Below the pieces are notes generated by a model that was given only the letters and a program-made list of their open reading frames with translations, was not told where the DNA came from and did no database searches. Made by a program: the position numbers and the translations under genes. From Lama glama (lineage: Eukaryota), in the NCBI GenBank assembly GCA_028534125.1, contig CM052817.1, forward strand, positions 25,856,001 to 25,920,000: 64,000 bases of DNA, written 5' to 3'. Below are positions 62,513 to 64,000 of this stretch, one piece after another. Within the stretch, counting starts at the first letter, position 1, and every line of letters starts with the position of its first letter.

Positions 62513-64000
62513 GACTGTCTATCAATATCTCACTATTCATTTGACTTTGTTTTGTTACATTTTATTTTCTAAAAAGTTTCCACTAAACATCTGTTTTTAG
62601 AAGTCTTTCTAAGCAGTCATGACAATGTTTAGATAATTAGAGACCAAAAAAATGCACCTCAAAATGGCCTTAGTAAACTTTTTTTGGTTGGTTCAGTGAT
62701 TCACAAGATAAAAAGCTTTTTACTTTGTCCTAATAAAGAGAAATCCAATAGAAAGAAAAATCTAAAAGGCAATTGTGAAGAGTAGGCCACTGTAGGGGAG
62801 GGAGAATTCACTTTATAAATTCGGTGCAAGACCATATACAATGGGTCTTACTTCTGCTCAGGTACTCATTCAACGAAGAGCATTTGCTAAGGGTCTTATG
62901 TGAAAGCATTATGCTATTCCTAAGTGGCTGCCATCTCAAACATAAAAAGTACCTAAGATATGTAAAAATCAAAAAGGATTTAGTCTTACTCTCTAATTCT
63001 ATTCATATTAAAATGAAACTGTGAACTTTACAAAGCATAACTAACTCTTACAGGTTCCTGAGTACTGAATGCAAAAAGTAATGCAGTATTTAAAATTAAG
63101 AGAATAGTAGACATCTCTGAGGATGCCCACAGAGTTCATTACAAGTCCACCTTCTCTAAGAACTTATACCCTACCCTGCCCTCCAAGGGCCTCCAATAAC
63201 CATAGATGTGTTTATTAGATGGCTCCATATTCCTTGCCATCATAAACTGGACAAAGAGTGGGCACTTGAACAAGGTGGGCCCAATCTTACCCCTGAACTA
63301 ATGTGTACAAAGATTTATTCTTGCACTCAGTGAGATACAACAATGGCCTTCTAATAAATTCCATTTTGCTTACAACAAATGCAATCAAAGATTTTAATTA
63401 AAGCATACCTGTTTTTCTTATCTTCAACTATAGTCAATCTACCTTTAAGCTTAAACTAAAAATTCATTCATCAACCTTTCTAAGCATATTCAAAGCTTGA
63501 TACACTTACCTGATTTCAGTTTAACCATGTGTTGACAGGAGTCAACAGACTAAGTTCAGTCATTCATATTTCTGCTCTCCCTATCTGACAACCAGTCCTT
63601 CTCTGCCTCTGCCATCTGATTCAGATGGTTCTGCAAAAGCTAGGTGACATTATCACCATTCCACTTAGGAACAATAGCCAAGCAAATCACCCATAATAGT
63701 CCTAGTAACCACTGAGAATGGAATCTGAAACTCCTTTCCTGCTCTCTAAGATCACAACATAATGAATTATTATGTAATAGAAACCCCATTTATTAATAAT
63801 TAATGGTTTGTCTATTTTAAACCTCTAGACTCAGTTAAGCTGTAGCATAACCAAGTCAGTAGCACTCAACACCAAACTACTCTACCTTAGCAGTCAAAAC
63901 TACACAAAATGCCCTTAAGGGAAGATCCAAAACAAAAACATTGCTGATATCCTGGCTTTAATTAAAAACAAAGTAAGAAAACCACAAAACTGAGACCTCC

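Noticed and set aside
61627..64000. RFC1 CANVAS pentanucleotide repeat and upstream coding exons
   Set aside because: That repeat lies in an Alu tail in human intron 2; no Alu, pentamer array or matching upstream exon is present in this window

Overview
Mammalian genomic DNA, most likely a camelid because it carries three Vic-1-type tRNA-Ala-derived SINEs. It holds the 3' parts of two convergent genes. WDR19/IFT144 is on the + strand: 13 coding exons from 292 to 24636, probably exons 24-36, plus a predicted non-coding last exon from 30110. RFC1 is on the - strand: 21 coding exons from 61626 to 33038, probably exons 5-25. All exons were read by hand, have GT-AG boundaries and join into uninterrupted frames, so both genes look intact; their 5' parts lie outside the window. 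Introns contain L1, L2, MIR, MaLR/MER21 LTRs and MER DNA transposons. There are two N gaps, and neither hides a coding exon. I found no evidence of a new biological system. The most notable details are: an inverted, poly(A)-tailed MLT1 piece that looks like a twin-primed retrocopy; an L1 with a clean internal deletion of the RT domain; a candidate RFC1 poison exon; an Arg at a hydrophobic BRCT position in RFC1; strong GC3 differences among WDR19 exons; a NAGNAG acceptor; and a WDR19 3'UTR intron. Gene names, exon numbers and repeat families come from recalled similarity, not database searches, and repeat boundaries are approximate.
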